Numbered from the whole stretch's first letter, positions 41,113 through 55,571 are shown. The stretch: DNA of 63,668 nucleotides, filler included, from Octopus bimaculoides (GCF_001194135.2; 5 parts of 5 records of this genome joined end to end with filler, not necessarily neighbours in it), one strand, 5' to 3'. Program-made: numbers and translations. Notes: generated by a model not told the origin, from the letters alone.

Positions 41113-43465
41113 TCTCTCGTATTTTACACTGGTATTAGCTACTTTTACTAAACACCAGTAAACTTAATGTGAAATTCAACTTTACTCATAGGGAAGTTCT
41201 GACTTACATAAGGCACTTCTTATTAATTTCTGTCTGTATGTATGTATGTATGTATATGCACACGCGCGCCCGCACACACACACACACACTCACTCACACA
41301 CACACATAAGTATATATACATACGCACACACTCACACACCCGCACGAACGCACATATACAGACTTTCACACTAACTCTCTCACACACACGCATACACACG
41401 TCTATGTATATGTATAATCTCTCCTGAGTCTATGCTATTAACTGCATCACTGATCTTGTGTTTGCTTCCCATCGCCCATCAACGATTTCCCTTTCCTTCG
41501 TGAAATCCGTTTCCGCCAGTCCAAATCACCATGGGTGGTATTTTCTAGATATATTGCTATAGGATGTAAACTTGACGCAAAATGTTGCTATGTAATAGAT
41601 AGACGATATAATATATTTGCGTGTTATCGAGTACATATGTTTCTATGCGTCGTATATCAGACATAATACACGAAAAATGTGATGCAAACTAGATATAATA
41701 TATTATACCAATCACTCACCGACACAGTTTGAAATATTTCTGAATGGGAATAAATACATCATTATTAAAGGAGTAAAGCTCTGCAGCTAATGCAATGAGG
41801 AGAACATTTGATGCGTACAATAGAGAAAGTGAACTGTTAGTATCAACATTTCCTCGGTTGGTATCAGAATATTTAGGTTTTATGTCTGTAATATAGACGT
41901 TGTACAGTTCTGCAATTGATTTCATCAACATACATTGTTTATATGCATGAAAATATAAATGTGTACAATTCTACCGTTATTAGACTTTTAGTCGAACATA
42001 TTTACACCGCGATTTGTCTTTTGTATCCTAGTACTTTTTCTATCGGTCTCATTCAATTAAAAACAGCAACAAGGATGGAGTACATATTTACTGCTATCAC
42101 TATATAATGTGTACAGTTGTTGTCAAAATTGAGTGAGCCCAGTTCTACATTTGTGGTCATCAAAGTACAGGAAGTACATTTCACGTCAAAATAAAAAGTT
42201 AGTATGAGTAATGTAAGTAGCATGGCCAGCAGAGAGATCTACATTTGACGAAATTTGAACAGAGAAAATATATTCATTTTAGTCTTTATATAGGAGCAAT
42301 ATGTTTTCATGTCATGAATACTGAAAGGATACATCTGATGCTATTAATATAAAAAATATAGCAAGATTACAAGTAATAGCATCACCAGAGAAGGAATACA
42401 TTTAATTCATCAAAATAGGGGAAGAACAATTGATGTCATTAATATAGAGTTGGTATAGTTCTATAGGTTATACTTTTCGTAATTAAAGACAGTCAAGTTA
42501 ATATTGCGAAAGTATACGTACATACATACTTACATAATACATACATATATACATATACATACATACATACATACACACATACATACATACATACATACAT
42601 ACATACATACATACATACATACACACATACATACATATATACATATATGCATACATATATACATATATACATATGTAATAAATGCCAAAAGGGATTTCTG
42701 TGTGTCAGTGTGTCACACAATGTGCCCTCCTCTCCCACTATTCAATGACACTTCTTCTATTTCTCTTGCTGGGGGTGGGGGTTAGAGTAATAGTAGGCAT
42801 ATAGAAGGTGAGGGCGATAGTAGATTGACAGTTGAGATGGTAATGGGGTTATAGTAATAGTATGAACTGTAGTTGTGATAGAGGCAGAGTCGACGTTGAT
42901 GATGGTGGTGGTGATGGTAGCTGAGGCGGTCAAGCCTAACGGTGATAGTAAGGGATGTGAAAGACGTGAAGGACAGTGAGGATGGTGGTGGAAGGGAAGG
43001 CGGCGAAGTCAAAGGTCTTGATAGTGGTGGCGTCAGACGTCTGAATGGTGAGTGTATGGCAGTTTTGGTGGCGATGGTGCTGGTACTGGTGATGATGATG
43101 GTTGAAAACAATCAACAAGAGAGAGAGAGAGAGAGAGAGANNNNNNNNNNNNNNNNNNNNNNNNNNNNNNNNNNNNNNNNNNNNNNNNNNNNNNNNNNNN
43201 NNNNNNNNNNNNNNNNNNNNNNNNNNNNNNNNNNNNNNNNNNNNNNNNNNNNNNNNNNNNNNNNNNNNNNNNNNNNNNNNNNNNNNNNNNNNNNNNNNNN
43301 NNNNNNNNNNNNNNNNNNNNNNNNNNNNNNNNNNNNNNNNNNNNNNNNNNNNNNNNNNNNNNNNNNNNNNNNNNNNNNNNNNNNNNNNNNNNNNNNNNNN
43401 NNNNNNNNNNNNNNNNNNNNNNNNNNNNNNNNNNNNNNNNNNNNNNNNNNNNNNNNNNNNNNNNN

Positions 43466-44135
43466 TAACAATCTTGCCAAGTAGTTCAGTATGAAAAAAA
43501 CCTTTATCGGTAAAACCATTTATAATCATAAATATACAGGGATTAGCTTGAGTTGCTTCTCCAACATACTGAAAATTTAGAAATAGCAGTCAAAGAACTA
43601 CTGATTCCAAACTACAAATTTTTTCTCTAACGGATGGCGATATCTATGGCACACACAGAACAAAAATCAGAAGAGAAAAGCAAAAACAAACCTGCCTTTA
43701 GTTAATTGGATACGACGTTTCACGGTTAAGAGTATGAACTTACTCTATTCCGATCTTCAGCCCAATATTCTAATAAATCTGAAAGTGTCTGAGAAAACTC
43801 ACGTGAATTTTGACCACGCGACATCAAGACCACGTGAGGCAGGTACTAACAAATTTATCGGCTAGTGAGTTCAAAACACTTCACTCCAAAGAATCTATCC
43901 TATGTGCGTCACAAATAGTCCCGTTTAAAAAAAAGTCCAGTATGAAGGGATTATGGTTTTAACCATCCAACTTAGAGGCATCAATATGAAATATACAGAT
44001 ATAGGGCAAGGAATCGTCAATTAGTAATAATATTAATAATTAACAATTTTGCCAAGTAGTTCAGTATGAAAAAACCTTTATCGGTAAAACCATTTATAAT
44101 CATAAATATACAGGGATTAGTTTGAGTTGCTTCTC
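43466..44135. repeat. 95-96 bp direct repeat with 575-bp period
   Basis: 43466-43561 and 44041-44135 differ by 2 substitutions and 1 indel. The first copy starts at a gap edge. Confidence 0.9.
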
Positions 44136-46248
44136 AAAGTGATGTGATGAAGTAAATAAAGTATAAATATATGTTATCAATTCATCATATACATAATTTC
44201 TGCGTAACTTTAATACTGAAATTTAAATTGTTCCCTATCGGTACATCACATCGCTATATCAATGTGTCAGAGTTTGGGTGTAGCTTTAAAAACATAATGA
44301 GCATTAATTTATTTAACTAGACATAGCTTGTTCGAAAAACCTCTTTCAGCATCAAATATCTTTCCCACAAAAGGAAGTCTGATGTCTATGTTTTATCTTT
44401 GACCTTTTACCTCCTCAGTCATTTGACTGCAGCCATGCCGGGACACCACCTTGAAGGGTTTTAGTCGAAAAGATCGACTCATGACATATTTTAAACCTAG
44501 TACTTTTCCTATCGGTGTTGTTTGCCGAACTGCTAGGCTAAGGAAACGTGAAGTCACCAGTGCCAGATGTGAAGCGGTGGTGGTGCGACAAATACAGGCG
44601 TGAAGACATAGATATACATTTATACAATGGGCTTCTTTCAGTTTCCGTCTAGCAAATTCAATGACAAGGATTTGGTTGGCTGGAGGCTATAGTTGAAGAC
44701 ACTTGTGCAAGATCCTGCGCATTAGGACTAAATCCGGAATCGTGTAGCTGGGAAGCAAGCTTCGTACAACACAGTCACGCGTGCGCCTCTTGCTCCTTAC
44801 CACACATCAACGCTTGCGTCTGTTGCTCCTTACCACACACACACGCGTGCGCCTATTCACACAGTTATGATTCAAGATTTTGTTTTACTCTGACATGCAT
44901 ACATAGCCATAATATTTTCGGCATATATTATTATAATTATTATATGCATATATTATTATAGATAACATATACTTATAATATTTCGAACTTCTACAACGTT
45001 GGTGCAATACTTTCCAAAAATATTAATTGTTAATATAAATACGTTTGTGACTTTACTTCAAATTGCATATTGCTGTTAAAAGTAGCAGTTAAAATGTACA
45101 CACGCATACATCCATGGCTACAATTGTAAATATAGGCATATGTATACGGCACTGTGTCTGTGTGTGCATACTCGTGTTTGTATGTGTGATTCTATTGGCA
45201 TGTTTGTGCCCGGTCGCGTGTTGATGCATAGCCTGCTGAATTTGCATTACCACATAAGAAACCCTCTTTGAGGTGAAGCGTGACTTTTCAGTTCTTAAAA
45301 CCTACTAAAGAAAAGCTCGAATCCTTGAAGCTCGTAATGAAAGAGAAGAAAACATCATTTGAGTTTGTAAATGAAGGTCAGAGAAAGGAAAGAACAAGCA
45401 GTATGCATTATATAGAAATAAGTATGAAAGAGCATTGTGAGTAGAATGATGGGGCGTGAAACCGTCAAAATAGCATATTTCTTAAAACTGGAAAAAAGAC
45501 AGCAATGTTTGGTTATTCGTACAGACACTGCAACACATAGCATCGGATAGTCACATATTACAGACTTCAGTTAATTAAAATATTGACTAGAAAGAAAACA
45601 ATAGATTTGAGTAATATTGATAGGCATTCAAGCTATTTCACTTTACATATTTCACTCATTGTGATTGAAGACAAAATGAAAAAGAAGCAATTGCTAATAA
45701 CTGAGTTAGGTAAACAAACTTTTTCTATCTCATATAATTTTACCTTCTCTGTTTTTTTTTCTATTTCCGGTATGTACGCAAGTACAATTGTATCTGCAAA
45801 AGTATTAACTTGTTATGACAGCTGTAGTATTTGAACATATAAAAAAATGAATATATGATTATATATATATATATATGAAAGTAACGTCATCTCTGTAACA
45901 ACAACAATTTAAAATACCAAGCATAGAGCACAACACACACCTGCGCACACACATTCACACATGTTCGGGCATACACGAATGTTCGGGCATACACGAATAT
46001 TCGGGCACACACACATACAAACACACAAACACATAAACTGTCGTTGTTTCTTCTTATTTATACAAATACAGGTGGTCGAAAGTATAAGAATAGGAATAAT
46101 ATCTCCCACATAGTAGCAAAAATGCCAAAAATAGCAGATGAACTTCCTCAAGTCATATCATATTGACTTTCATTGACATGGGAAAATTAAAATACATTGT
46201 GGAGCATTTAGAAAACGAGAAGGGATAGCCACAACTAGAAAGAGTTTA

Positions 46249-47567
46249 GTCATACTTATTTCCAAAGTTTTGCTTTCTTTCTACAGATATATTTACGTTT
46301 GAAATTAACAAACATTTGTCAAGTCTTTTGTTTTAACGATGGCCCTCCCCTCATAGTAATGCTGTTGCGTGAACGATCGTAAGGTCGTAGACCCTGTCTG
46401 AGAGAGATATATATCCTTCAGCAAAATAGTTCATTTGGCGTTGTACTTGTCAACTGACATGAAAATAAAATTTGTACTAATAATTCTTTGAACAATGATT
46501 TAGGATAAATTATAAAATACCTTCATAAGTGCTGATGAACAAATGAATGACCATTCATGTAGCGGTTCGGCGCCTTTGAAATGGATGTTAATACCCATTC
46601 TTATCTCAATATACACTTGAAAAGAAAATAAGTCCAACATATTAGTGGTGCTTACAATGTTAGTAGAAATAACGGAATCGTCAGAGACAGAATGAGCTCG
46701 ATCATAGGTGTTCTTCATGAATGATGTCCTTAAGAAATAAAAATACTCTAATTCAATAGATTTTAGTTGAGCTGTTACTTTAGGAAATAAAGATGAACTC
46801 CTAACTTGGCAGAAAACTAAATCCTTTACTAAACGATATAATCGTTTGTTCAACAGGACTTATTTCCTTTCTTTCAGGAACAAACACAATAACTTTGATC
46901 CACATGGATTTGTTTTCAGAATGTTATGACACTACAGAAAAAAAAAAATCTAAATTGCTGATATTCAATATATCATGAAGGTAATGAAAATGTCGTTAAC
47001 AAAGGCTTAGACGTTGGCACTTTTCCTGGTTTCTGGAAAAATTTAAGCGACTCAGAGGACCAGACACACTGCCACTGATCGGTATATGTGATATTCCTGG
47101 ATTAAACACCTAGCTATTATCATTACTAATTCATACGGCGAACTGGTATAATCGTTAGGAGGCCGGGCAAAATTTTTCACAAATGTTATGTCTTTAGGAA
47201 ATTTCACCAAGGTTGACTTTGTCATTCATCGTTTCGGGATGAATAAAATAAATAAATACGAGGTGAGCAGTTTGGCCAATGTCATCAACTAGCCCGCTTC
47301 CCCAAGATTTTATGTCTTGTGCCTATAACAAAGAATTATTACTACTAATTTTCATCTCAGTGAACTAGAGCAATATGAAATGAATTTATTTGCCCGAAGA
47401 CACCGCCTTCATTTCAGAAGGTGATCTGCGACCTTACGATCGTTCACCCAACCACATTACAATTAAAGGAGGGGAACCGTAAATACAAAGCACTTGACAA
47501 GTGTTTGTTAATTTCAAAGACGAATAAATCTGAAATAAGAAAGGAAAAGCATGAAAATAAATATTAC
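46249..47567. repeat. Old inverted duplication (arms about 46249-46493 and 47328-47567)
   Basis: Ungapped alignment: 72/92 identity in the core and 28/38 in the outer flank. The inner parts are the same degenerate family D SINE head. Confidence 0.8.
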
Positions 47568-48913
47568 ATGGCGTTTTACTGATTCTTTCATCCACTTCTT
47601 CATTACTAATAATGAAAAATCTTAATTCAAACAAAAAAAATAACCAAAAGAAAATGCAAGTAAAATATCAGCACAGACTAAAATTATTGCTTTATTTCGT
47701 ATATGTCTTGCAGAACATTTACTATTATCAGTTTTAAATTAGGTTTCTGTCACAATTTAATTCGCAAAGTATAATTTTATTTATTTCCTTTTTATCTCCA
47801 TTCTGGTGGTTACTAATTTAAAAGGCAACTCAAAACACATGTACACGTAGACAAACATATATATAAATATAATTCGCTAAATTGTAGGAAGACGTAATTG
47901 TATAGTATTTAATTTTACGCTGTACACCACATTTATTTGAGCATAGCCTAATTATCTCAAAATTGTACAACACAGAAGTCTATCGTATTTCTTTCCCGTT
48001 ACTAATGATTTTATCATTCGGTCGTTTCGTGTACGGCGAAGTTATCAGTGCTTTACGTTCAAATGAAAATTCTTGCAAACCTAAATAGTATAGAAGTGAT
48101 AATATTTATCGAATCGACTTCAAATATAATGTGTGAGTTTGGAGAAACATTTTCCTGAACGATACCTTATGGAATGAATGAACTAATAACATTCAGATTC
48201 AACTAAATATTTCAATTCCACTTCAGATTAGAATTGAATGTGTTTCTACTTTTTAAAAAAATATACTATACACAGTAATATAGAATACTTACGATGTATT
48301 GTGTACAATGAATATAACACACACATACATACACGCGCGTGCACAAACACACATAGACATATTTGTATACAGAATAATTAAGAGAAGTATATCGAAAGGA
48401 TATTCCTTAATACAGCGCAACTTAGCGCTTTTAAGGAGCAATAAGAATAAAGGGAAGAATGGAGAACAAATTTCGTAGGTGAAGTTCCTTTATCAAATTC
48501 AGACACTTCGCATCGCAGTCATATTCATATACAGTATCAATTCAAGTACAAGTATACAAAACATGAAAGCGTATAATACATAAATATAAGTAATTCGTTG
48601 TATACCGTCTCTCCTTGGATTCCTACCTTCTAACCTCGTCATCGATACGTAAAATTTGAATGCTTAACACTGAATGTTTTAATGCAGTTAAATTTATGTA
48701 TTATATATACTTTCAAGATTTGTATATTTGTACTTGAATTAATATGGTGCGAAGTGTTTTAATTTAATAAAAGAAGTTGACCTATGCCATTTGGTCTTCA
48801 TATATATATTTATATATATAATACATGTACGTATACAGATATATACATACATATATATATACATATGCATATGTATACCGCCAACACACACACACACACA
48901 CACNNNNNNNNNN

Positions 48914-48952
<39 letters not shown>

Positions 48953-51900
48953 GTCTAATGGTATCTTCCATATTTACAATTAGACTCATTTATCTATACC
49001 TATTATTTCTCATGTTTAGACCCAGGTTAGTACTGATTGCCGGAAGTTATGTGGAACAGCAATTTCTATTCATGGACATCAATCTCCAACCCCAGTATGA
49101 CTTGCCATTGGGAAAGCCTATCCTTCTTATACATCATAATGTAACATTTTAAACCTATTCCTATTGTGTTGAATATACATGTCATTATTTAAGATGGTAG
49201 GAATTTCTATTTCAGGGAAATTTTGTTACTACCTCTATAGTGTAGTGGAATTGCTTCGAGTCCCTTTTCTGCTTTGATGGAAGTTTTGCTGGATTCGTAT
49301 TCAGGATTATTTCTTTAAACTTATATCGATAGGTGAAATAACATGCAACTGATTAAATACGTAATATAGTATCGTCCTGTCACATTTTAAGCAACGTCGA
49401 TGGTACAATGATATACATGAATGCCGGTTAACTAGATAACTAGATAGAAATTACTATTTTCATGGCACCACAGACTTATATATTCTCCATAATTATCATA
49501 AACCACAATAATTGTAGGACAATATTAATGAAGTTTGTGTTCGTTACATATCCTATGTTGTTTAGTTTAATGCTCTCTACACTGAATAATGCTTTGCAAT
49601 GATGTATATCTCGCAAGTAGCCGAGAAAGTGAAAGATATCTGGTTTGAAATAAACAATAATTATGTAAGGAAAATATTTATAGTATATCATATACAAGCA
49701 GCTGTGACACTGACTGGAATAAAACCATGTTAGTTCTATAAAAAAAGTTTGTTATATGACTTTTCCCGGATTAAACTTGTTCCCATTTATGTTTAAAAAA
49801 TACAATGTTTTCTTACGTCTTCAAATTTTCTACTGATAACGAGTTTCATAGTTGAGAGGCCGTTCTTACTGTTTGTGTTTTCATATGCATTCGAGCGATT
49901 ACATGGGCAAATGAACGAAAACATTTTGCTTTAGAAAACAATTTCTACCAATAAATATAAATCGAATTTAAATGATAGAAGTATAACTACATGTAGAGTG
50001 TATAGATAGGTAAATAGCAAGTGATATTCCATATTTCAAATAGATGTGTTTGTTGAAATGTTTCCTTTTAAAAAGCACCTTAGCCGACATACAATCATGC
50101 AAATTTATGAAGCTATAATTTCCTTAGAGGAAAGATTATGCTTTGGCAATAAGACGAACATAAGTTTAAAACATATGCAATGTTTTATCTTACCCATGGT
50201 GAAAATGTAAATACTATTCATCACAGATTAAGAGTAAATTGTTTTCCAATTAATATTTACGTTGTCTCCGTATTACGTGTTATAATCTAGTCAAAATATT
50301 GGAATATATGAAATTATGCATATAAGTTATATCTTAGTTTGAAAATAGTAAAGCATGTGGATTTAATGGGAAGTTGAAAAAGAGAGATGATTATGCGGTT
50401 TTGTTAAACTAATGAAATAGTAACGTGATAGAATCATTATGGAAAATAACATGCGTGTGTTTTATTCAAGCTATACGTTTATATAGATATTTCAAGTTGA
50501 AGAGCATTCCTGCACAACACAAATTAATAAAACTTTTACAATTCCCATGGCGCCAATTTTACGCCATGTGGAAGGATTCAACCATTTTATTATTTCATTT
50601 ATTTTATCTAAATGATCCATTTGCCGTGTCACTTTTTCTTTACAATAAATGCATGTTTAGACTAAGACACTCCATCAAAAATAATCATTGATGAATTACG
50701 CAGTGCCATGAATGTTTCAAGGACTGTCATCTACTGATGTGGAACGCCCCTTTACTAAATTATACAAAACATTATATACTTGATTATATATATTGCCTTG
50801 CATTTGCAATCATGTGAACACATTAATAGACAAATCGTTATATTGTCAGACATTAGCCACATTAAATGATGGGAAACTGGTATTTCAATAACTGGGCCTT
50901 ATGTTACGTCGCTCATACTGAATGTGGATGAATCTGAAATTCCCAAATTCTCTAACATATAGCCAGAATAAAAAAAATGAGCATTTAACCTTTACCATAA
51001 TGCTATCCCAATTTTTAAAAAAATTTCAGTGTACATAATATAAACAGTATTGCACCTAGCGAACTTATCCTCATCTCACTCCCTAACCTGTGACTCTTCA
51101 TGCTTCATCCATAATTCAGCAGCATTAGGTGATGAGAAATTTAATCAATGAATTTAATATTAAAAGTCGAGTCTCAAACAGCGGCAATTAAGGATACATG
51201 TACATACATACATACATACATACATGCATACATACATACATACATACAGACACTCACACGCACACACTGGAACATACACACACACACACACGCACACACG
51301 CATACACACACATACACACACACACACACACACACGCACACACACACATATATATATAGTTATCGCCAAGCCAACATGGCAGTCCTATATATATNNNNNN
51401 NNNNNNNNNNNNNNNNNNNNNNNNNNNNNNNNNNNNNNNNNNNNNNNNNNNNNNNNNNNNNNNNNNNNNNNNNNNNNNNNNNNNNNNNNNNNNNNNNACA
51501 CACACACAAACACACACATATAGATATATGCAAATAGATAGATAGATACATACATACATACATTTATTTAATAAACGCGCCAGGAAAATTGTAAAACAAT
51601 GCATCGAACAACAGTATTGAATTCGATCTTTCTTTATATCTCTCTCTCTCACTCTCTCTCTTTCCCCCTCTCTCCAATAAGTGCTGCGTTACAAATCAAA
51701 CATTTGTTATGTATAAAATCACTATATAATCCCCAAACAAACAAAGCATCATGTCTTATTCATAACATCTCCAATTGTGACAAGAACAATTTCATCCAAA
51801 TCAGCTTAGTATCTGTACGCAGCGCGTATGTAACAAGAACTAATATACTGCATTTTTTTTAAAAATCCCTGAATGAGTGCATGCAATAACAAACTTCCTT

Positions 51901-52454
51901 TGTCTCAGAAATACCGTCTCTAGCGTCACTTTCTCGCTACCAACAGCATACAAACCCACTCCCGACGCAGCAAATTCTCCTTCGTTAAAGTGAGCTTAAA
52001 TTATATATATATATGTAAAGATGTATCCGCGAAAGAATATCTTACCGAAGCAATATATATTCGTTTTAAGCAACACACTTATAGAAGATAATAGGGTGAA
52101 AAGATAAAGCCACATATTTTCTCGTAAATATTAATAAGCATTATTATGCTCCAGCAAAAAAAAAAAAAAAAAGGATTAAGTGATCTTTCAGTGGCAATAA
52201 TATATAACTATACCTGAAAACTAACATAAATTGGTCTTTGTGTATATATGTACATAGACAATTTTATGCGCGCGAAGATACGCATACATACATGCACACA
52301 CATACACATGTATATGTGTGAATGTGTATATATATATATATATATATATATNNNNNNNNNNNNNNNNNNNNNNNNNNNNNNNNNNNNNNNNNNNNTTAAT
52401 TAATTAANNNNNNNNNNNNNNNNNNNNNNNNNNNNNNNNNNNNNNNNNNNNGTG

Positions 52455-52860
52455 TTAGCAATGGTTAAGTTTGGGTTTGTATTTTTGAACGAAAAAGGTT
52501 TCCTTATTTAATCTAATCTGTGTTGGTGTTTTAATGGCACATTGATAAAAAGGAAAGATTATAAATTGTGGTAGCATTTGTTTTGCGCATTTCTCAATAT
52601 GATCACTAAAAGGTATCATTCGGTATTCTGGGTGTGCAATCTGCTGGCGGTGCAGAGTTCATCTACGTCTGAGCGATAATCCTGTGGACCCTATGTAGTT
52701 CTCGTGGCAGCCCGAGCATCTTATTACATAAATAAGATTTTCTGAGGCACAAGTAAAGTTAGATTTAACTTTGAATTTGTGTCTCTCTTTGAAGAGGAAT
52801 TCTGAACCTTCCAGAATGTTTGGGCATCCTGGTAACCGACTACTTGATAGAGATGAGTGT
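52455..52860 (-). mobile_element. Penelope-like element fragment with GIY-YIG endonuclease
   Basis: Minus-strand translation FKVKSNFTCASENLIYVIRCSGCHENYIGSTGLSLRRR*TLHRQQIAHPEYR...SDHIEKC. This shows the IY...C..C...YIG.T...R...H pattern, with one stop. Confidence 0.85.
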
Positions 52861-52862
52861 CA

Positions 52863-52950
52863 AAACTGCAGTCCAGATCTTGCTCACAATGACGTTTAGT
52901 TGTTCCTCAAGCTGAAGGAGAACCTCAGGGACAGCCGTACTGAAGACATT
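52863..52950 (+). mobile_element. Mariner transposase C-terminal remnant
   Basis: SPDLAHNDV*LFLKLKENLRDSR resembles the mariner YSPDLAPSDF.LFPKLK..LRG motif. Confidence 0.65.
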
Positions 52951-53146
52951 AAGATGAATTTCAAACATGCATATATAAAAATTAAAATATTAAAAACCAA
53001 TACTCTTTTACTTTTTTACTCACTTACTTGTTTCAGTCATATGATTGCAGCCATGCTGGAGTACCGCCTTGATATTGCATATATGTAATAATTAAATTAT
53101 ATATTATGCACTTTATTGTGTTTTGTTTTGCACGTGATTCTCCTCT

Positions 53147-53191
53147 CGACCTGTGGAAAATTGTAATTGTGTTGCATGAAACCGGTCGTGG
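53147..53191 (+). ncRNA. Degenerate minimal hammerhead motif
   Basis: CGAC-CTGTGGA-AAATTGTAATTGTGTTGCAT-GAAACCGGTC-GTGG, with palindromic ACCGGT and a GUC triplet. Core A6 is mutated and stem I has a mismatch. Confidence 0.3.
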
Positions 53192-55571
53192 CGCAAAAAA
53201 AAAAAAGCAAAAAAGCAAAAAACGGTTTGGGACCCTGGTCTAGGAGATACCACCTGATAAAATGTGCAAAGCAGTAAGTAGACTGGCTGAACTGGTAGAG
53301 CATCAGACACCACGATTTGTGATATCGAGCTGCGTCATTTTTTTTAAAGCCCTGAGTTCAAATTGCCGTCTATTTTGCATTACCCATCACTTGTTATTTT
53401 ATATTTTAAATATGATTTTGTGAATTCGGATTTTACTTGTTGACTTTAACTTCATGGCTCATGTCATTTTGACATACTATGAAAAAATNNNNNNNNNNNN
53501 NNNNNNNNNNNNNNNNNNNNNNNNNNNNNNNNNNNNNNNNNNNNNNNNNNNNNNNNNNNNNNNNNNNNNNNNNNNNNNNNNNNNNNNNNNNNNNNNNNNN
53601 NNNNNNNNNNNNNNNNNNNNNNNNNNNNNNNNNNNNNNNNNNNNNNNNNNNNNNNNNNNNNNNNNNNNNNNNNNNNNNNNNNNNNNNNNNNNNNNNNNNN
53701 NNNNNNNNNNNNNNNNNNNNNNNNNNNNNNNNNNNNNNNNNNNNNNNNNNNNNNNNNNNNNNNNNNNNNNNNNNNNNNNNNNNNNNNNNNNNNNNNNNNN
53801 NNNNNNNNNNNNNNNNNNNNNNNNNNNNNNNNNNNNNNNNNNNNNNNNNNNNNNNNNNNNNNNNNNNNNNNNNNNNNNNNNNNNNNNNNNNNNNNNNNNN
53901 NNNNNNNNNNNNNNNNNNNNNNNNNNNNNNNNNNNNNNNNNNNNNNNNNNNNNNNNNNNNNNNNNNNNNNNNNNNNNNNNNNNNNNNNNNNNNNNNNNNN
54001 NNNNNNNNNNNNNNNNNNNNNNNNNNNNNNNNNNNNNNNNNNNNNNNNNNNNNNNNNNNNNNNNNNNNNNNNNNNNNNNNNNNNNNNNNNNNNNNNNNNN
54101 NNNNNNNNNNNNNNNNNNNNNNNNNNNNNNNNNNNNNNNNNNNNNNNNNNNNNNNNNNNNNNNNNNNNNNNNNNNNNNNNNNNNNNNNNNNNNNNNNNNN
54201 NNNNNNNNNNNNNNNNNNNNNNNNNNNNNNNNNNNNNNNNNNNNNNNNNNNNNNNNNNNNNNNNNNNNNNNNNNNNNNNNNNNNNNNNNNNNNNNNNNNN
54301 NNNNNNNNNNNNNNNNNNNNNNNNNNNNNNNNNNNNNNNNNNNNNNNNNNNNNACCATGTAGTTGGTAAGCAAGCTATTTACCACACAGCCACTCATATA
54401 TATATATAATATATTCTTTTCTACTCTAGGAACAAGGCTCGAAATTTTGGGGGAGGGGCCAATCGATTAGATCGACCCCAGTACGCAACTGGTACTTAAT
54501 TTATCGACCACGAAAGGATAAAAGGCAAAGTCGACCTCGGGGGAATTTGAACTCAGAAACGTAAAGACGTAAAGTACCAAGGTGCGTAGCTTAGTCTTGA
54601 AGGTATTCGGCTTACGATTGTGAGCCGAACGTCGTGAATTAGATACCCGGCGGCGCATTGTGTCCTTCAGCAAGACACTTTATTTCACGTTGCTTCAGTT
54701 CACACACCTACACACACACACACACACACTACTTTTTATTGTTTGAGGATTTAAGAACATCTGTGGATTAAACCATATTTATTCACCAAATACAGTGTTG
54801 AGTACTCATGCTCACCGTCCGTCGTTATCGAACGTTAAAATATGTGTTTGTGACATGTTTCTACTTCTAAAAACAAATTCATTGCAGTTGCCGTGGAGTG
54901 AATAAAATTATCGTTTAACTAGCCGAATGTTCGTTTATTCCTCATCACCGCTTAGCACTGTTACCATCAAATTTATACCAACCAGGCTGTCTGCGAGTGC
55001 AACTCAATAAATGATATTGATTGCTTTGAGACAAAGCTACGGCTTTATAGTTTGCACGAATTATCTCTCTTCAGGATCTTCTGCTGAGAAGGCTAAAGAG
55101 TCAGAAACGCATTTGGGAGTCTGATAAGGAGAGATACTGAACAGAAATGGCGCGTTTTGACACCTTTTCTTATTAGCGAGAATTTTTTTCGTCCGGGTAG
55201 CTGCAGTGAAATTGCCTCTGGAATTTGTAATATGTTACAACATAGTTTTAACTAACCTAAAATTTGGTGCTAACGTTGCTATATATATATNNNNNNNNNN
55301 NNNNNNNNNNNNNNNNNNNNNNNNNNNNNNNNNNNNNNNNNNNNNNNNNNNNNNNNNNNNNNNNNNNNNNNNNNNNNNNNNNNNNNNNNNNNNGTCAGGT
55401 AATGCTGAGTAAGTACTATGGACAGACTCTAGTTAAACTCTAGGTTCGGTGATTATGCAAATGAGGAGTCTAACGTAGGTCATATATCAGCATGTGTATA
55501 TATAAAAAAATTTCAGAATGAAATAAAAATTCAAGGCTGTGTAAGATTTTAGAACATTTATAAATAGAAGC

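Noticed and set aside
46500-46980. 117-aa minus-strand ORF and two mutually inverted exon-like segments (46521-46615 minus, 46878-46980 plus) as a further part of the inverted duplication
   Set aside because: Similarity is limited to short motifs at the ends (GGACTTATTT and ATGAAG|GTA), the interiors do not align convincingly, and the ORF has no recognisable family.
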